Shown in pieces: positions 62,231 to 64,000 of a stretch of DNA of 64,000 nucleotides. This stretch comes from Prorocentrum cordatum (Eukaryota). The DNA is taken from NCBI GenBank assembly GCA_963575745.1, contig CAUYUJ010000002.1, positions 2,046,001-2,110,000 on the forward strand, read 5' to 3'. Within the stretch, counting starts at the first letter, position 1. Each line of letters starts with the position of its first letter. Below the pieces are notes generated by a model. The model did no database searches. It was not told where the DNA came from and was given only the letters and a program-made list of their open reading frames with translations. The position numbers were made by a program, and so were the translations under genes.

Positions 62231-63576
62231 GGCGTGGCTGCCCGTTCGGCATCGCATGTTTTGATGCGGATCGGGTCCTGGAGTGGGTTGGCCCTGTACA
62301 TCGGTCGCCCCTCCGTGGCTCGGCGGTCGGCCCTGTAGTTTTCGATGCAGGCCGATCTCGTAGTTTCTCGTGGGGGCCTGGGCGTGGCAGCTCGGATCCG
62401 TGCTCGGCCGTCGTAGCTTCTAGGGGGTGGCCCATGGCCTGCTCGCTTGCTTGTTGGGTAAGTGCGCGCACAGGCTCATGGGGCGGTCGAGCGTGATTGC
62501 ATATCACCCCCCAATGATGTTCAGGACGAGGAGGTTGAGGCGGGTGGAGGGGGGGGGGAGCGCGAGGGGGACGCGGAGGATGATGGGGGGGGGCGAGGAG
62601 GGGCATGGTGATGATGAGGAGGATGAGGAGCCTGATTGCACACCACCCCCATTGATAATGGGGGGATGATGGGGGTGATGAGGAGGCGGGCGGGGTTGAG
62701 GGCGATAGGGGGAGGGGGGGGGAATGGGGTGAATCTGATGGGCTTATCTGCGTGCCCCCCCCCCATTGAGGATGCGGGGCGCGTGCGTGCGCGCGTGCGC
62801 GCGGGGGAGGGGGGGGGGGAGGGGGTGGGATGAGGATGAGGAGGGGGGTGAGGAGGGCGAGGGGGGTGGCGATGCTGAGGGAGGGGGGGAGGGGCTGGTA
62901 GGGACCAGGTTGCCCCCAGAGGATGGCGTGGAGGATGAGGGGGATGGCGACGGGGGTGAGAAGGCGGAAGACGCGGAGGATGAGGAGGGCGATGGGAGGG
63001 TGTGCCCGCCCACGAGGCACGCGCTGCGCACGCTGGCTTCAATTCGACCCCCAGGCAGCAGGCCATGGCTGACTGGCAACGGGGTGCCACGCATGGTCGA
63101 GCGTGGGCTGAATCGGAGCGTGCTCAGTCTCAACTTTCCGTGAGGAAAAGCACATAGGCAGGCGGAGTGGTCGGGTTCCCGCCGCAATGATCAGCGTGTC
63201 AGTGTGTCGCCGCTTCTCACTGTTGTCGTTGTGCGGCTCGTCGTTGGCCGATTGTCAGGGGCACGGGCCTCTGCGCCTGCGGGTGGTGGCGGTGGTTTCC
63301 TGACGTCGGCTGCGGCGCCGCAAGTGGGCCCTCCCCCCGAGCCCGATCGAGCTCGCTGCACCCCGTGGTTGGCGCCCTCTGGCACGCATCGGCGGATGGA
63401 AAGGGCCCTCAGCAGGCCCGCGGTAGCATTGGACAGCGTGCCAGGTTCTGCACATTTCGGTTACCCCTCCCCCCCGTGCCTCCTTTCGCCCCCATGACCG
63501 CCGCTGTCGCTCAAGCCCATTTTGGGCGCTCCCCCCTTCAGGGGCGGGGGGCTCGGGGCGGTCGCCCCTAGCGGCC

Positions 63577-63720
63577 ATGCAGCTCCAGTGCTCGATCAGG
63601 GCGTTCAGCCTGTACGACGACGAGCCAGCGCTGGGCACCGTGCGGCAGGTCATCGCCTCGACCGTCACGCAGGAGGTCAGCGTCCTGCCCTCGAACAAGG
63701 ACCGCCACCTTCTAGTTCAG
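63577..63720 (+). CDS. Probable first exon of another gene (MQLQCSIRAFSLYDDEPALGTVRQVIASTVTQEVSVLPSNK...)
   Basis: GCCATG start and GC3-rich codons like the upstream gene, followed by G-rich intron-like sequence. The donor position is uncertain. Confidence 0.4.
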
Positions 63721-64000
63721 GGTTGCTTTTGCGTCTGCTGTGTCTCATTCTCCAGCCGCGCCGATGCCCCAGAGATGTCGCGCGGGTAGCACGTCGCATC
63801 CTCGGGCGCCCCCCGGGGGGTGAGGGGGTGGGAGGATGAGAAGGGCAACGAATAGGGTGGGCTGGGGGGGGGGCGGGGGGGGAGGGTTCGGGTGGCATTT
63901 CGTTGGGCGCAGGGGGGGTACCGTGACCACGACAGTAAGTAGACCCGCAGGTCGATACACGACGAGCAGGACGACCAGGTCGACGAGGCGGGCGATGCAT

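Noticed and set aside
63505..63530. Possible tandem SL relic (GCTCAAG-CCCATTTTGGG) upstream of the 63577 exon
   Set aside because: Only two short partial matches, too weak to call.

Overview
This is GC-rich, microsatellite-rich eukaryotic nuclear DNA. A perfect 22-nt dinoflagellate spliced leader (TCCGTAGCCATTTTGGCTCAAG, 28017-28038) and inferred GC- and GA-donor introns point to a dinoflagellate. Most long ORFs in the track are artefacts of satellites and trinucleotide tracts. Supported content: (1) a decayed tyrosine recombinase followed by split direct repeats, as in DIRS-order PAT/Ngaro elements; (2) a decayed non-LTR retrotransposon with RT, CCHC and restriction-like endonuclease, probably CRE clade; (3) a multi-exon COG0523/CobW-family GTPase gene preceded by a relic spliced leader; (4) a six-exon gene of unknown function at 58.9-62.2 kb and a weaker gene model at 26.7-32.7 kb; (5) two RanBP2-type zinc-finger/coiled-coil ORF relics, one headed by a relic spliced leader; (6) several non-autonomous repeat families. 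The most unusual structures are a dispersed element made of a 90-bp satellite array, a microsatellite and a fixed terminal hairpin; (GAG)n tracts and one 777-bp insert flanked by 21-70 bp direct repeats; and spliced-leader-headed inserts. No intact novel enzymatic system can be shown from this window alone. All exon boundaries were inferred by eye.
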